Shown: positions 23,851-38,090 of the stretch, piece after piece
Position numbering within the stretch: the first letter of the stretch is position 1
Layout: every line of letters starts with the position of its first letter
Assembly: GCA_951406725.2 (NCBI GenBank)
Contig: OX597815.1
Coordinates: 66,898,001-66,962,000 of the forward strand
Length of the DNA stretch: 64,000 nucleotides
From: Octopus vulgaris
Lineage: Eukaryota
Reading direction: 5' to 3'
Made by a program: the position numbers and the translations under genes
Notes under the pieces: generated by a model
Seen by the model: only the letters and a program-made list of their open reading frames with translations
The model's database searches: none
What the model was told of the DNA's origin: nothing

Positions 23851-25961
23851 AGGAAAATTCTTTTAACATAAATGCATTTCATCTTATAGATCTATTTTGT
23901 TTTCCAGTATTGACAGTTGACCTTCCTTCACTGCAGTTTTGATGTGTAAAAACCAGCAGAATAAAAATACCTTGCTTTGAAAATCAGACATGGACAGGAA
24001 ACAAACAAGAAGGGTATCCAGTAAGAGTACTGCCATAAGATAAACCAGTTCCAGCATGGGAATAAAATAGATGATAAAGATTATCTCATTAATAAAATAT
24101 AACTAAAGAAGTTATTGTTAATGTTTGATTAGAATTATGCTGAGATTAGTGAAGAAAGTTTCTAGAAACCCACTTCTCAGTCTGTTGTTATTTATTAAAC
24201 TTGAAAAATCCCCTAAGTATATAAAAATGAATGTCAAACTTATTGGTATCAACCCATCTGACATTGTCCCTAGTTCTAGGATACAAATTTTCTGTTTTGA
24301 GTTCTCTGATGCAAATTAAATTTATCCACCAAAATTTCATGTTTGATTTATTCCAGAGTTATTGCAATAAATTTTTCATTATTTTCAAAATCAGTTGAAT
24401 CAAAGGCAGTGTATTTTACCAGAAACATGGTAACAAAACTGTTTCCAGTTTGGTGATTTTGATTAAATCACCAAAATATGAATAATTTTTTAATGTTATT
24501 TGGTCAACTCAAAATACAAAATATATCTATACTTCATGAATATCTAGCTTAAACCAGTGTACTTCACATAATCAAGTGTCAACAAAATTACTATTCGTCA
24601 CTCCACCTGGTTTGTTTGGTGTAGTCAGGTTTGCATAAATGTATTTCCCTGTCCATCACTGCCTTGTGTCCCTTCATCTATAAAGATTTACCATTAGATA
24701 TCATCCATCTATCTATCTTTGTCCTCTCTTCATCTGTATGTAATCTATTTCTTCATCCAGTACAAATTCTCATCAATCACATAGTCATACGCTAATCAAT
24801 GAGCCTGTTAACCAGTCAGTTTTTCAGATCAATTACATTCACTTTGTATATTTGGAATTGATGTTGCACATACAATAAATCTTAGTCAGGTTGAGTTTTC
24901 TCCAGCAGTTACTTAAACTTGTTTTCACTCCTCATGATTCAAATGTTTTTTCTTTTTTTTTTTATGAACACCTTGCTTTTTACATTTAGAGTTTATCTAA
25001 CATTAACACAGATAAAGGTCTTTGAGCTTCTTTCACAGCAGCCTCAGAATTTTGGAATGCACCATATTTACGTGGTAAGAAGTTTGCTTCCCAGCCATGT
25101 GGTTCTAGGTTCAGTGTCACTGACAAGAGCATCTGACAGTAGAAAATCTGCTTCTATTAATTTTACCTGGCCCATGCAAACACAACAAAATGGAGGTTAA
25201 AAGAGTGTTGATGATGGTTGCTAATTTTGTAAACTGTATCAAGTTAAAGGCCATTTTATGACTCCAGACTGAAGTTTAATGCAAAAGGAGGGGATAAGGG
25301 GATAAAATTAGTTGTTTTCCAAACTGAAAAAATTGCCAAATTAGACATGGCTTCTATTAACATGGGCAAGTATCTTCTACTGTAGCCTTGGGCTGATGAA
25401 AACCTTGAGTGGATTTTGTAGACAAAAACTAAAAGCTTGTTGTGTGTGTGTGTGTATACACACACACACACACACGTATGTATGTGTGTGTGTGTGTGTT
25501 GTTCCCCACATTTGACAACTGGTGTTGTGTTTGTGCCCTCATAACTTAGTGCTTTGGCAAAAATAGGCTGATAAAATAAGTACCAGGCTTGAAAAGAAAA
25601 AATAATAAAAGTACTGGGTCGAGTCATACAACTAAACTTTTTCAAGGCAGTACCTTAGCATAGCTACAGTCTAATGACTGAAACAAGTAAAAGAAAAGAT
25701 ATTGAAATTGTTTTCCAGTGTGCATTCCTTCCCACTGAAGGGGTACCACCTCTCAGCTTTATCAATTTGCAATTTCAAGCAGGATATTTCAAAATTTCTA
25801 TTCCAAGCAAGGCTAGATATAGGTATGGCTATGTAGTTAGGTTTACTTTGCAATTACATGGTTTCAAGTTCAGTCTAACAGTGCAGCACCTTGGATGCCA
25901 TTACAGGGACTAGCCAAAGCCTTGTAAGTGAATTTGGTAGAAGGAAATTGAAAGAAGCCTA

Positions 25962-26002
<41 letters not shown>

Positions 26003-26329
26003 TGTACATGTGTGTGTGTGTGTGGGTGTGTGTGTCCTTGTCCTAATATTGTGTACTAGCCATCATCATACAAATAGCAACATCTGTTGGTAAACATCCC
26101 TGTAAACGACTGGCCATTGTGCTATTCATGTTTGAATGACTGGGGAAAATATTACCTTGTGTTCAAGTAGGTGAGGGTTGGTGACAAGAAGAGCATTTGA
26201 CAGTAGAAAATCTATCTGCCTCTATGAATTTTATTTGGCCCATGCAAACACAACAAAGTGGATGTTAAAAGAGTGATGATTGCTAATTATGTAAACTGTA
26301 TCAAGTTATAGGCAATTTCATGACTAGAC

Positions 26330-28627
26330 CAGTGGTTATCTGGGAAAGCGGGGGGGGGGGGGGCGCAGTAATTTCTCTATTATATTTGTTATTCTCTTAA
26401 TGATAGCATGGTCAAATAATGAGAAGTTTATGAAAAAAATGCAAAAGTATTGCCTTATACTTTTAGTTTTCTTATTCTATCTTACTGCTGCTTACCATTT
26501 TCTGTACCTATTGACCCTGCTTCATAACCCTCACTAATTCTGAATTGTAGCTTTAACATTTGCTTTTATTTTGTAATTTTTTTGTTACATGACTCAGGTT
26601 AAGAAACCCTGGTATAAAGCTTAGATATTATTATTGTGTAAAAACATATGTCTTTTTCAGTTATTAGATTATGAACAAGTTTGAGCCACAGTTTTCATAT
26701 ATATGAAATAATGTGATTCTTAAAAATCAAGAGACATGCCAAAACATTATTAAATCATTGTAGTAACATACTAAGAAATATTAACTTAATTTAAAAAATT
26801 GAAAACTATTTAAAAATTTTAGCAAAATGAAAAGTATGATATATTCAAAAATAGGAAATAAAACAAGTATGTAATAGGTTCTACTATCGCTTAATTTAAT
26901 AGTCTCAAAAAATTAAAGCACAGATTGGAAAAATAAAAATTTTTTTTAATATTAAATGTTTCTGTTAAAAATATAGTAAATATTTTTATAAGCAAAAAAA
27001 ATTATATAAACCCAAATGTTAAACTAAAATTCAGATTTATATATTACAGAAAGTACCAGGTAAAACTAAAAGCTATGCAAAATCGTTTTTTATATTTTTG
27101 TACAAATAAATACAATATTTTATAGTACAAACTTTTCGTATAACTTTTCTTTTAATTTAACTTTTTATTCCATTTTTATTTTGTTTTAATTTTTTTTCAG
27201 AGCATTTTACATAAGCGTTCTAACTTGGGCCTTGACAATACCTTACATGTGCCTTATCTTTTTTTCACATATTTGTGCTGTCCACTGCACATCAAATAAT
27301 TTGCAACGAATGCAAAGAAACAGAATTATCTTGACAGAAATAGAATTATCTTTGGATTCATGTCCTTCCAAAAGGGTGACACAGAAGTCCCCCAGTGTGT
27401 AATATGTTACAAAACTTTGAGCAATGATGGAATGTGACCATCACGCTTGGAATACCACTTGAGGACAACACATCCTGCTCTTACAGACAAGCCTAAAGCA
27501 TTCTTTGAAGCAAGCTATGTTGGACAGTAGTGGAGCATTTTGGTAACAAACTTCAATGGTTGTTGAGGCTTCCTACAAGATCGCCATGTTGATTGCAAAG
27601 AGCAAGAAGAGCCATAACATCAGAGAGTCTCTCATAAAACCAAGTCTACTCCATGCAGCAGAACTTGTTCCGGAGAAAGATAAAACAAGCTTTCCCAGAT
27701 TTCACTATCAAACAATACAGTCAAGGGAAGGATCAACGACTTATCTCAAGACATCAAAGATCAAATACCCAACCAAGTAAAAGATTCTCCTGTTTTTGCC
27801 ATCCAGTGTGACAAAATGACTGACATCGCTCAGTGTTCTCTCGACCTTAAACTACAAGAGAAAAGCATCAACATTCTCATGCACCACTACACCATTCGAA
27901 CCTTCATGGCCAAACTTGATCTCTTGAAATATCAAATTCAGCAGGGAAATACAACCAGTTTTAGTTACTGGGATTCTGCTCTCATTCATGATAACCCTGA
28001 TTCTGAATTAAAGAAACAAATAATTAGTCATCTAAGTGACTTGAAAACAGAATTCATCAGATACTTCCTAGATATAGATGAAAAGCATGAAACTTGGAAA
28101 TTCATGAGGAACCCATTTCAGTGTGAAGTAACTGATGTTTTGGATGAAGTGCAAGAGGAGTTTCTTGAGTTGAAGTTCACCCCCCCCCCCTGAGGATGAC
28201 TTAAAAGAACTGGATCAAGTATCTTCCTGCTTACCCTCTGATCTCACATCAGGCTCTTTGGATTTTAGCTATGCTTGGATCCAAGTACCTTTGTGAAGCT
28301 GCATATTTCATGCTTGTTGCTGTCAAGACCAAGTACAGAAATAGGCTGAACATTGAAAGATACTTATGTAGTGCACTCTCTGGCATTCAAGATCTTGTAG
28401 CTAAGAGGAAGTGTCAAGTATCTCACTTTTTGTATGATGTGATTATATATAAAATTATACATATTTTGTATAATGTAACTAATTCATATTCAATAAAAAG
28501 ACTAAAAACATATTTTAGATTTTATTTAAAATCTAGGAGGGAATTTTATTCATTGATGCAAGGGGGTCGTGGAGAGAAGGACAAATTCCTTGGGGAGGTG
28601 TCGTAGTAAAAAGGTTAAGAACCACTG
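26330..28627 (+). mobile_element. hAT transposon (Charlie/Buster, ZBED8/SCAND3-like), internally deleted and decayed
   Basis: termini CAGTGGTT / AACCACTG; TSD CTCCAGAC on the right, decayed CT--AGAC on the left; transposase remnants inside. Confidence 0.88.
27309..28430 (+). pseudogene. hAT transposase pseudogene (BED finger, partial catalytic domain, dimerisation domain)
   Basis: PQCVICYKTLSNDGM*PSRLEYHLRTTH, EASYKIAMLIAKSKKSHNIRESLIKP, FMRNPF, SKYLCEAAYF..KTKYRNRL; stops and frameshifts; ORFs 27556, 27816, 28271. Confidence 0.85.
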
Positions 28628-29907
28628 CTCCAGACTGTGGAGTTTAATGCAAAAGGAGGGGGTAAAATTAGTTGTCTTCCAAACTAAAAAAAATGCCCAT
28701 TGTCAAATTAGACATGGTTTTTATTAACTTGAAAGTCAGACATATCAGCTTAGGCCATGCTGCGTGAGAGATAGAGATAGAGAGAGAGGTTTGAAGCTGC
28801 ACAGCTAATACCATACAGGTTTCATGACGTGCTGTTTAAACCCAAATATAATTAATTTCTAACTCTACTCAAGTGTTGTCTCTTTCTCTAATAATTATTC
28901 AGTATTCTTTTATCTCCTTCCTTGAACAATTAACTGATGTGACTCACAGTTTTAGTTTATGATATTATTGGCAGGAAACTCAATAAAATTGCTTCCAATG
29001 GATGCATCATCATCATAGCTTTAACATTCACTTCTCCCTACATGCATGGAATTTCGTGAGGCAGATTTTCTACAGCTGGATATCCTTCCTGTCATCAACC
29101 TCGCCACCTGCTTCCAAGTAAAGTAATATTTTTTCCATGGTTGGTCAGGTTTTAACAGATGCTTCAAAACTAAGGATACCACTTTTATTCCAGTGACACT
29201 CATTTATAAAAATCACATGATGTTAAAACAAAGAGACACCAGCTCATACAAACATCCATGTAAGAGCGCACACGTGTGCACACACACACAACAGGCTCAT
29301 TTCAGTTTCCATCTAGCAAATATGCTCACAAGGCTTTTGTTGGTTTGGGGCTATAGTGGAAGACACTTGTCCAAGGTACCATGCAGTAGGACTGAATCCC
29401 AAAACCACAAGGTTGGGAAGTAAACTTCTTACCATACAGCCACACCCATGCCTATATTTACATTTAATGGATACACAAAGAAGCAAAACAACTATAAAGA
29501 TATATTTCCATTTTTGTGCAAATTAGGGACAGGTGTGGATGTGTGGTAAGTTAGCTTCCCAACCATATGGTTCCAGGTTCAGTCCCAATGTGTGATACAA
29601 TAGGCAAGTGTCTTCTACTCATAAGGATGAATGGATTTGGTAGAAGGAAACTGAAAGAAGCTCATCATGTGCATCTCCCTCCACTGCTTGACAACTGATG
29701 TTAGTTTGTTTATGTCTCTTAACTTACAGGTTTTGCAAAAGTGACTGATAGAATAAGTACTGGGGTCAATTTGTTCAACTAAATCCTTTAAGGTGACACC
29801 CCATCAGGGCTGCAGTCCAATGACTGAAACAAGCACAAGATAAATAGACTATATTCTAATTTCTTGTTGATATACTTTAAGACATTGGGAAAAGCTTCAA
29901 TGTCTAA

Positions 29908-30017
<110 letters not shown>

Positions 30018-31197
30018 TGTGCTTGTGGACCAGAGCTTCGAGTGTGGAGAAAAAAAAATATAGTAACTCTTTCAGCTATCAAAGGTATCTATAGCTGGAA
30101 TGAAATTTCCCAGGTTGGTCAAGACACTAAATTTGCAAGGGGAAGCAGGGTAACAATGTGAATATTTGTTTCTCAATAATTAATTCTTTAGGTGCCTAAA
30201 GACCAAAACCAATTAATATTAGCCTCAACAGGTAAACAAAAATTAATTAATCTGGAAAAAAATCAATACCAAACAAAAGACTTTTGTGTTGACTATTAAG
30301 CAAATCCTATTTAATTACCATAGCCACCACTTAGATTTTGGCAAATAATCTTAGATGAACAGTTCAAATGAACAAACTCACATTGCTCCCAAAATAGAAA
30401 GCTATCCAGACACTTCAGGACATCATCATCATACTGCCTTCAGCTGACTGGTTTTTGCATTTGTGTGTGTGTGTGTGTGTGTGTGTATATAATACACACA
30501 CACACACGTGCAGAAGCCACGTAAAAAACACTCAGTACACTCTGTAAAGTGGTTGTTATTAGGAGGGACATCTAAATGCAGAAACCGTGTTAAAGTAGAT
30601 GTTGGACGTTCCTGCAGTTCTCTGGCACACCAGTTTCTGTTGAACTGTTCAACCAAGTCCAGCATGGAAAACCAATGTCAAATGATGATGACGAATAAGC
30701 TGCTAACACATGTGGCACTCAGCTGGAACCCTCACAGTTACTCCAAAGGCCAGGTCTTGCCATTACCAAGGATTTCTTTTAGTAGAAGCATAACTATAAC
30801 ACAAAACTGCATCCCAAAGACCAAGTCTTCTCTTCAGGGCTAGAAGATGTTTCAGTCCCCAACAGTTGTTGATGCTTTACAAAGCTCAAGTGAGGCCAAC
30901 AATGAAGTACTGCACCTGCATCTAAGACGGTGTTGTTGCTATACATACAGACATCCCAGACTGCACTCAGAAAAGAGCCACTAACAGACACACTCTAGCC
31001 CTAATCCACAGACATGCTCTTTCCTTTTCCAAGCATGTACATTGTCAACTCTTATGCCCAATTCATCCTTTCTTTGCTTCTTATTATCCATTATCCAGTT
31101 AGCAATGTCTGTTTTAAATAGAACTACATAGAAGAATTCAAGGTATGAGAAGTAAAAATATATCTTTTGCTTAATGTTTGTTTTCCCATCTAATGTG

Positions 31198-31481
31198 TTT
31201 TGTCTGGTGGGGCAAAGCCGGCTGTGAGGATTTTGGTCTTCAAGGCATTGAAAGCGATGTGGTGGACAACGAAAAACCTGGCTGATGACAATCAAGGCTG
31301 ATCTGGAATCCAACCTAGGCCCCCATATCTACGGTGTTTGCCGCTGGAATAAGGAGTGGTTGGAGATCACGCAGTTGCTAGCCTCAAATCGCCAGGCCTG
31401 GTCAGAGTTTGTGAGAGATGCAGCATTGAAGATGAATGAAGCCAGCTCAAACCACCCAGGGTGAATGCTGTCAAGTCAAGT
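31198..31481 (+). mobile_element. 5'-truncated RTE-clade LINE 3' end
   Basis: GGQRKTWLMTIKADL..LASNRQAWSEFVRDA translation, (CAAGT)n tail, 11-bp TSD CATCTAATGTG (31187-31197, 31482-31492). Confidence 0.85.
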
Positions 31482-32693
31482 CATCTAATGTGGATTGGGC
31501 AGGAATTGATTTTTAAGTTAACATTTTTACAGTCAGATGTACTTTCTCTTGTTAACCCTCACTTAGTTTTCATTTAAAGGATTTTGCAAGTACAGACATC
31601 AGCATTACTTTGCCCAAACAGCAACAAGAAAAATATCAATTTTCACACACATTTGCATACACACACAGAGATCTATATAAATATAGCAGAGTTCCACCCA
31701 GTTTCCATTCATAAAATGTGCTCACAAAGCAATGGTTTACCCAGAGTTATAGTAGAAGACAGTGGGATTGAACTTGAAACCATGTGGTTGCAAAGCAAAT
31801 TTGTTAACCACAGAGACATACCTACACCTTATATACATGTTGTTTATTATAAATTAAAGGGCATCTAATACTACATTATAATATATGTTGTTTATATATT
31901 TAAAAAAAATTCTTTTGATACCCTGGTTCTATGACATAAGATTTGTTTATAATAAAATTTCCCATCAAAATATGCTAACTTCAAATATCAGCTAAATAAT
32001 TATTTTACTAAATTCTTCACTGTTTTCTAAATTAATTGAAACAATGGTTGTGTAGTACATTAGAAATATAGTAACAAAAAGGTTAATGATAGTAAAGTGT
32101 GATTATGATGGATTAAACTGCTATTTCTAATGGGTTGTGATCACATGCAAGCTCCTTTTTCTCCACATGAACCAATGAGGTCCATGGGGGAAAAATGTAA
32201 ATCCTCTTTACATTTTTTTCGCTTCCTTATGCTTAGGTTATTTGTCATAAAAATAGTAATATAAATACTCTTTGCACAAAGACAAACAAATTCCAGTGCT
32301 ACAGTCTTCATGTCGAAAATATGGTTCTACTCTTCAATCCCATATGACTAAACTTGTCTCAAAGAAAATAAATCTAATTCAGCAGGGAATATTCTTGGTA
32401 ATGTGAGGTACAGGTTATATTTATTGAGTTTAGGCTGGATACTGTGAAACCACTTTTATTTTGAAATATTCTTTCAAAAATAGGTACAGGTCTGGCTGTG
32501 TGGTTAAAAAGCTTGCTTCCTAACTACATGGTTTTTGGGTTTAGTCCCCTGTGTGACACTGGGCAAGTGTCTCCTTCTAAGGCACTGGGCTGATCAAAGC
32601 TTTGAGAGTGGATTTAATAGCTGGAAGCTAAAGAAGAAGCCCATTGTAGGTATATGTGTGTGTGTGTGTGTGCATGCGTGCGTGATGAATAAA

Positions 32694-33270
32694 CTGTCAT
32701 CTAAATTATGCAAAAATGAAAATAAAGCTGACATCTCATTTTAACAGATATTTCAGATATTTACCAAAATTACCATTGGCTTCAACCATGGCCTCCAGAT
32801 GACTTTGGAATCTCCTGGATGGTCCCCTTGTTTAAATTGGTGAATGCCGCCATAATCCTTGCTTTCAATTCAACTTTGGTGTTACAAGGAGTTTTGTTTG
32901 TCCCTTGTTCAACTGCACCACAAGCAAAATAAACATTGCAGTCTGGGGAGTTAGGTGGTTAGATGTTAGGGATGATGTGGTCGCAGAAATTGTCTGACAG
33001 CCATGTGTGGCATGGTCCAGAGTCCTGTTGCCAGACATAGGGTCTTCCAGCAGCCACCCTCTTGACCCAGGGCAATACTACCTCCTCCAAGCACTTAATG
33101 TAGGCTTCTGTGTTGAGTGTGAGGTCATGTTGGAAAATGAACGGAAGCATAATGTTGCCATCAATAGTGATCGCCTCAAACACCAAGGTGTTGACTGGAT
33201 GTTTGATTTTCATCACTCTTGGTACATGTCCTCAGATTGAAACCCAAACACTCTGAAATGTTCATATTGG
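32694..33270 (-). mobile_element. Tc1/mariner transposase remnant
   Basis: ORF 32959-33216(-) YIKCLEEVVLPW..YVWQQDSGPCH continuing through a stop into PPNSPDCN. Confidence 0.85.
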
Positions 33271-34282
33271 AGCTCCCAGCTATGGGGTAATATTACCTTG
33301 TTTGGAAACAAGCCCAACACATACAATTGTGGAAAAGTGGACATTAAAAAGGATGATTAGAGACAGGCTGAAAATAACAACTGATGATTATATAGTTTTT
33401 ATTATTTTACTGGTTTAAGGTGGCAAGCTTTCGGAATCAGTATGCTGGTCAAAATGCTTAGCGCATTTTTCCTGGCTTTATGTTCTTAGTTTATATTCCA
33501 TCAAGGTCAACTTTGCCTTTCATCCTTTCAGGGTTGATGAAATAATTACTAGTTGATCACTTGGGTCAATGTAATCAACCAGCCTCCATCTCCAAGAATT
33601 TCAGGGCCTGTATCCATAGTTGAAAAGATTAATATACTGGTTTAAATCACCAAACTGTATGTTGAGACTTCTATGTTCTTCATATTTGGTACTTAAGGTT
33701 GGAAACAACACAGCCTACAGTAATATTTATAAAGAGTGTAGAGGTAGTATGAAAGATGAAAGAGTTTCATGGCAATCGAATGCACCTTCAGGTTAGTGTG
33801 GCAAAATGTGAAGCTATGAAAGATAGAGTGACAGAATATAAACGGTTTCTGAATGTATTGAAAATATCATAAGATAAAAACTAAAAATTATAGCCAACAA
33901 AATATTGAGATTAACAGAGAAAATTTAGAAAAAGGGCAAGATGATGCCAAACAATTCTACAGAATCATCTAAGCCATATCAACACACAAGATTCTGAGGA
34001 ATGAAAGAAGAAAAACATCAAGATTTAAAAAAAAAACAACAAAATTTATGATTACAAGAGTTAAGAAATCATTAGTTAAGTAGCAGAAATTTGAACTAAT
34101 TTACAAAGATCATCACCTTAACAGCAGCAAGCAGAGTGAAAGTAGAAATCTTGCTAAAACCTGATACTAAATATTGGTTGGATGGTGCTAGGTAGCTCCA
34201 GAACAGCCAAATGTTTTTTTTTTTTAAACCAAATTATTAATAGACTGTTAGGTATTTAAAACATTATATGAATATAATTTAA

Positions 34283-34501
34283 CCCTTTAGTATTCAAACC
34301 GGCCATATCTGGCCAAAATATTTAATCTGGTTTATGTTCAAACTGACCAAATCCAGGCTCTCACACCTACCCTACAATGTTATTCTACATTAGGTAATTA
34401 CACCATCAAGATCTTGAAGATATGAAATAATGCATGATCAATTCAAATCAATGTGAATCAATAGGCATTATGTTTGATAGAATAATCTGAACACTAAAGG
34501 G
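34283..34501. mobile_element. piggyBac-type MITE
   Basis: TTAA on both sides; TIRs CCCTTTAGTATTCA / TGAACACTAAAGGG; decayed relative at about 61940-62098. Confidence 0.8.
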
Positions 34502-34886
34502 TTAAATCAAATTATTACATAATTACATAATTATTTGAAGAATGAAATGCAAGTTTTGATTTTAATGGTGATGGAATATATAGGTAATAATAAAACTAAA
34601 AGACATAAGCAGCAGAAATTGTCAAGAATAATTCAAAAACAGTCTTCAACAAAATTGAACCCAAATGTTTTAGTTCAGATGCAGACTATCAAAAATTGCT
34701 GGATAAAATTTCCACCAGAAATTCATGTTACTTGGCACAACACGAAACAGTTAACAAGCTCAAACTAGTATGTGGTGAGATGGAAGATACATAAAGATAC
34801 AATTTCAATACCTGTAGGTACACCTTATTTTGATCAATTGTCTATCATGTCTGGCAAGTGATTTTGTGTGCTGAAACTAATACAAT

Positions 34887-35262
34887 TACAGAGTGGAAAA
34901 CACATTAGCCATTCAAAAACACACAAACAGTTTAATTTCACTTGACCCTTTTATTGCAGAAATCAGATATAACCACTCAAAATTTCATTACCCTAACAAC
35001 AGAAAGCAGTTTTATATACCAATGTTTCTTTTGTTGAGGAAAGTCATGTTTGAAACTACGTAACATCATTACTAGAATAACCATGAAATATAATATCGCA
35101 GTTAAAAGGTTAAAAATATATTATATGGCATCATAATTTTCATCACATCAATTGCAACCTGGTCACTGATATGGTTCCACTGTAGTTGATACCAAATAAT
35201 GTTTAAGTGAAGTTAACAGTTTTTGTGTTTTGAATGGCTCATTACATGTCTTTCATACTCTA
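34887..35262. mobile_element. TIR MITE (probably Tc1/mariner type) with a nested piggyBac-like MITE at about 34946-35110
   Basis: AGCCATTCAAAAACAC..TTCACTT at 34908 inverted at 35204-35239; same arm at about 12036. Confidence 0.55.
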
Positions 35263-36614
35263 GTGGTTTATAGTATCACATTCATAAGAACTAACTATAG
35301 TATTATCGTAATAGTTCTTTAGGTGTCTTGCTGTCCAACTTTTTGTATCCAAAAGGGTTTTTCAAACCGATATTTACATGGTATTATCTATAGCTTTATC
35401 ATCTGCTTTGACACCCACTTAACAAAAAAAAAAAAAAAAAGAGTCTGAGTGAGGAGTGAGCTGATAGCGCCATCCTTCTTGGCTGATACCAGTCACAAGT
35501 AGCTGGTTTGGAAAGTAGCATCTATCATTTTATCATGAAAAATTATAAGACGTTTCATATTTGCTAGGATAAAATAATTCCAAGACATGGCATATATTTT
35601 TTCTTATAAACAACTATTTTGGCAAAAAAATAGCAGTTAGTACTTAATATACAGTTTTCTCTTAGATTTGTTGGCAATAATTATTTATAGCAGCAAGTCT
35701 ATTCAAAAAGTAAATCTCATCCGTTACATTAGTCACAAGTAGAACTTAATCTCCAGACGTCACTAACATTTGAACCTATAGTTCATTAGGTGTTTTAACA
35801 GTTGTCTATGTTGCCAATTGCAAGACAGGTATGTCTGGTCAATCTGACATTACCTTTGTTATGATAATGAAAGTAGTAGTATTAGTTTACAATATAAAGT
35901 GTATGAATAATTAATATAGTAATTTTGGAGTTAGTTTGAAATCTATCCTTGTATCAGCATTGCCATCATCATCAGCTTAACATTCACTCTTCTATGCTTA
36001 CATGGGTTGGACAGTTGATGGAAGCAGATTTTTTATGGCCAGATGCCCTTAATTGTCCTGTATCAGGAGGACCATATGTCTGTTGAATACTATATATATA
36101 CTTCCCTTCCTTGTACACCATGTGTACTTTCAACATTTTTTATATATATAATTTCATTATTATGTAATGGTAAATAAAAGAAATTATTATTAATTTTTTC
36201 TTCTATTGCATTAATGTTTTATACATTGAACTTTTAGAGAGGATTCTACATAAAATGTGTACTGGACCTTGTAATATTATTTTAGAAGTTTTCTATTCCT
36301 CAATGTTTTCAATTTTACTGCTTTTAGTATCTTAGGAATTCCCACATGTTTTTATTTCTCTCTCACTCACCCATTTTCTGTTAGATTTTCATCTTTCTAA
36401 GTGATGTTTCACATCAAAAGAAATTTATTAATGAAGATATATCATTTCTTAATCTTTTAAGATACCAACCCACCTGAGACTGCCCTTGGTTTCTTGATAC
36501 AAACTGTTTTAAAGTTAGCTAAATTAAAACCTTCCATCTGTTTTAAAGTGTTCTAAATTTAAACCTTCCTTCAATATTTCATAGTTTATGTTCCAGATAC
36601 AAGTTTAATGATGA

Positions 36615-38090
36615 CAGCATTGTCTGCACATCAGAAGCCACAACATGCCTAAGCTGCTGTGCAGAGGGTGCTAGCAGCAGACTGACCATTAGAATGCAAC
36701 CTTTCCACAAGAAAATAAATAACGGACGTTTGTACCTGGGGAAAGGCATGATGGTCAGGTGATAAATAATATTGGGAGTAATGTAGGCAGTCACCATCTC
36801 TACCCAACCTTTCAGGGACAACTTCGGCAGCCCATTTCTGTTTAAGACTGGCCACCCTGTTTATCACCTCGCTCCAGTTCTGGTTCATCTGGAGGTCAGA
36901 ACTGAACCAGACAAATAGTTTAACTGGTTTGTCAGTCCAGTGTCCAACAGCATCAGCCTGACTCTCCAGGTGCCCAGTTGCAAGCCTACTGACTTTGGCT
37001 CCTGCCACTAATTCCTATTCCTTTAGAATGGTGTTAACCATCTCCACTTTGGAGGTGTCCACCACCATGATGGTGACATCATCTGCATATGCTGACACTG
37101 CTCTCATGTGTCCCAGTTTGAAAGGAATGTACCTCAACTGTTCCAACATCTGTGACAGTAGCTTGAGAGCCAGCATGTACAGAAGAAGTGACAAAGACTG
37201 AGCATGCGATGTGAAATGATTCCAGTTGGTGACTGTTTACTTTGACCAAAGCAGGTAATGCTGTGCATTGCAGTAACCCAAACTCTGAAAACCAGTTTGA
37301 ACCTAGCCGATTTCAAGACGGCTTCCAAGTAATGATGGTTGACCCTATTGAATACTTTTCATTGATCCAAATTGACCATAACCCTTCTGTAGTCAACTTC
37401 CATCCCAGTTCTCTGCAATGTATTGCATAAGGTGGAAGTTGTTGTTGATAGACCAGTTTGGAATCACACAAGTTTGTGCTTCCTCAACCAGACTATCAAT
37501 GACAAGCACCAACCTTTTCACTAACACCATGGCCAAAATATTAAACTCTGTGTTTAGCATAGTTATGGACTGCAAATTTTCTAGCATGTTCCCTTTGTTG
37601 GTATCCTTCCTCAGCAGTGTTATTAGACCCTGGCTAACAGCACTTGGAATTCTCCCATTCTGCTGTTACTTACAGTAGATGTCAGCCAAGAAGCCGCCAA
37701 ACAAATCTCACATGAATTTATAGAATTCATAAAGTAGACCATCCAAACTGGGCAAATTTGAGACTTATGCAACTGCTCATTAGCTCCCATATTTGAGTGG
37801 CTGTTATTGGCTTTTACAGAGCCTTGCATCTGCTGCTGAGAGCTGCAGCAGGCTATCCAGGCATGAACTAAAATTTGGTATTGTTAACTCATCACCTTCA
37901 TCAAACAGCCACCTGAAGTGCTGCATGCATCTGCTTGGAACTTGGTTTGTTGCCATGTTGCGTCTCCACCACTTGGGCCTTAGCTTTTACAACACAGCCT
38001 TTGTGCTTCGTCTTGAAGAAATGGTGAAGTGGTGTTTTTGCTGCAAGCACATTGGTCACGATGCCTTTGCTAATCACCTCTTCTAGGTTG
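36615..38090 (-). mobile_element. L1/Tx1-clade LINE reverse transcriptase remnant
   Basis: fragmented motifs GLDGLLYEFY, ITMLNTEFNILAMVLVKRL..EEAQTCVIP, SAYADDVTI; many frameshifts. Confidence 0.8.
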
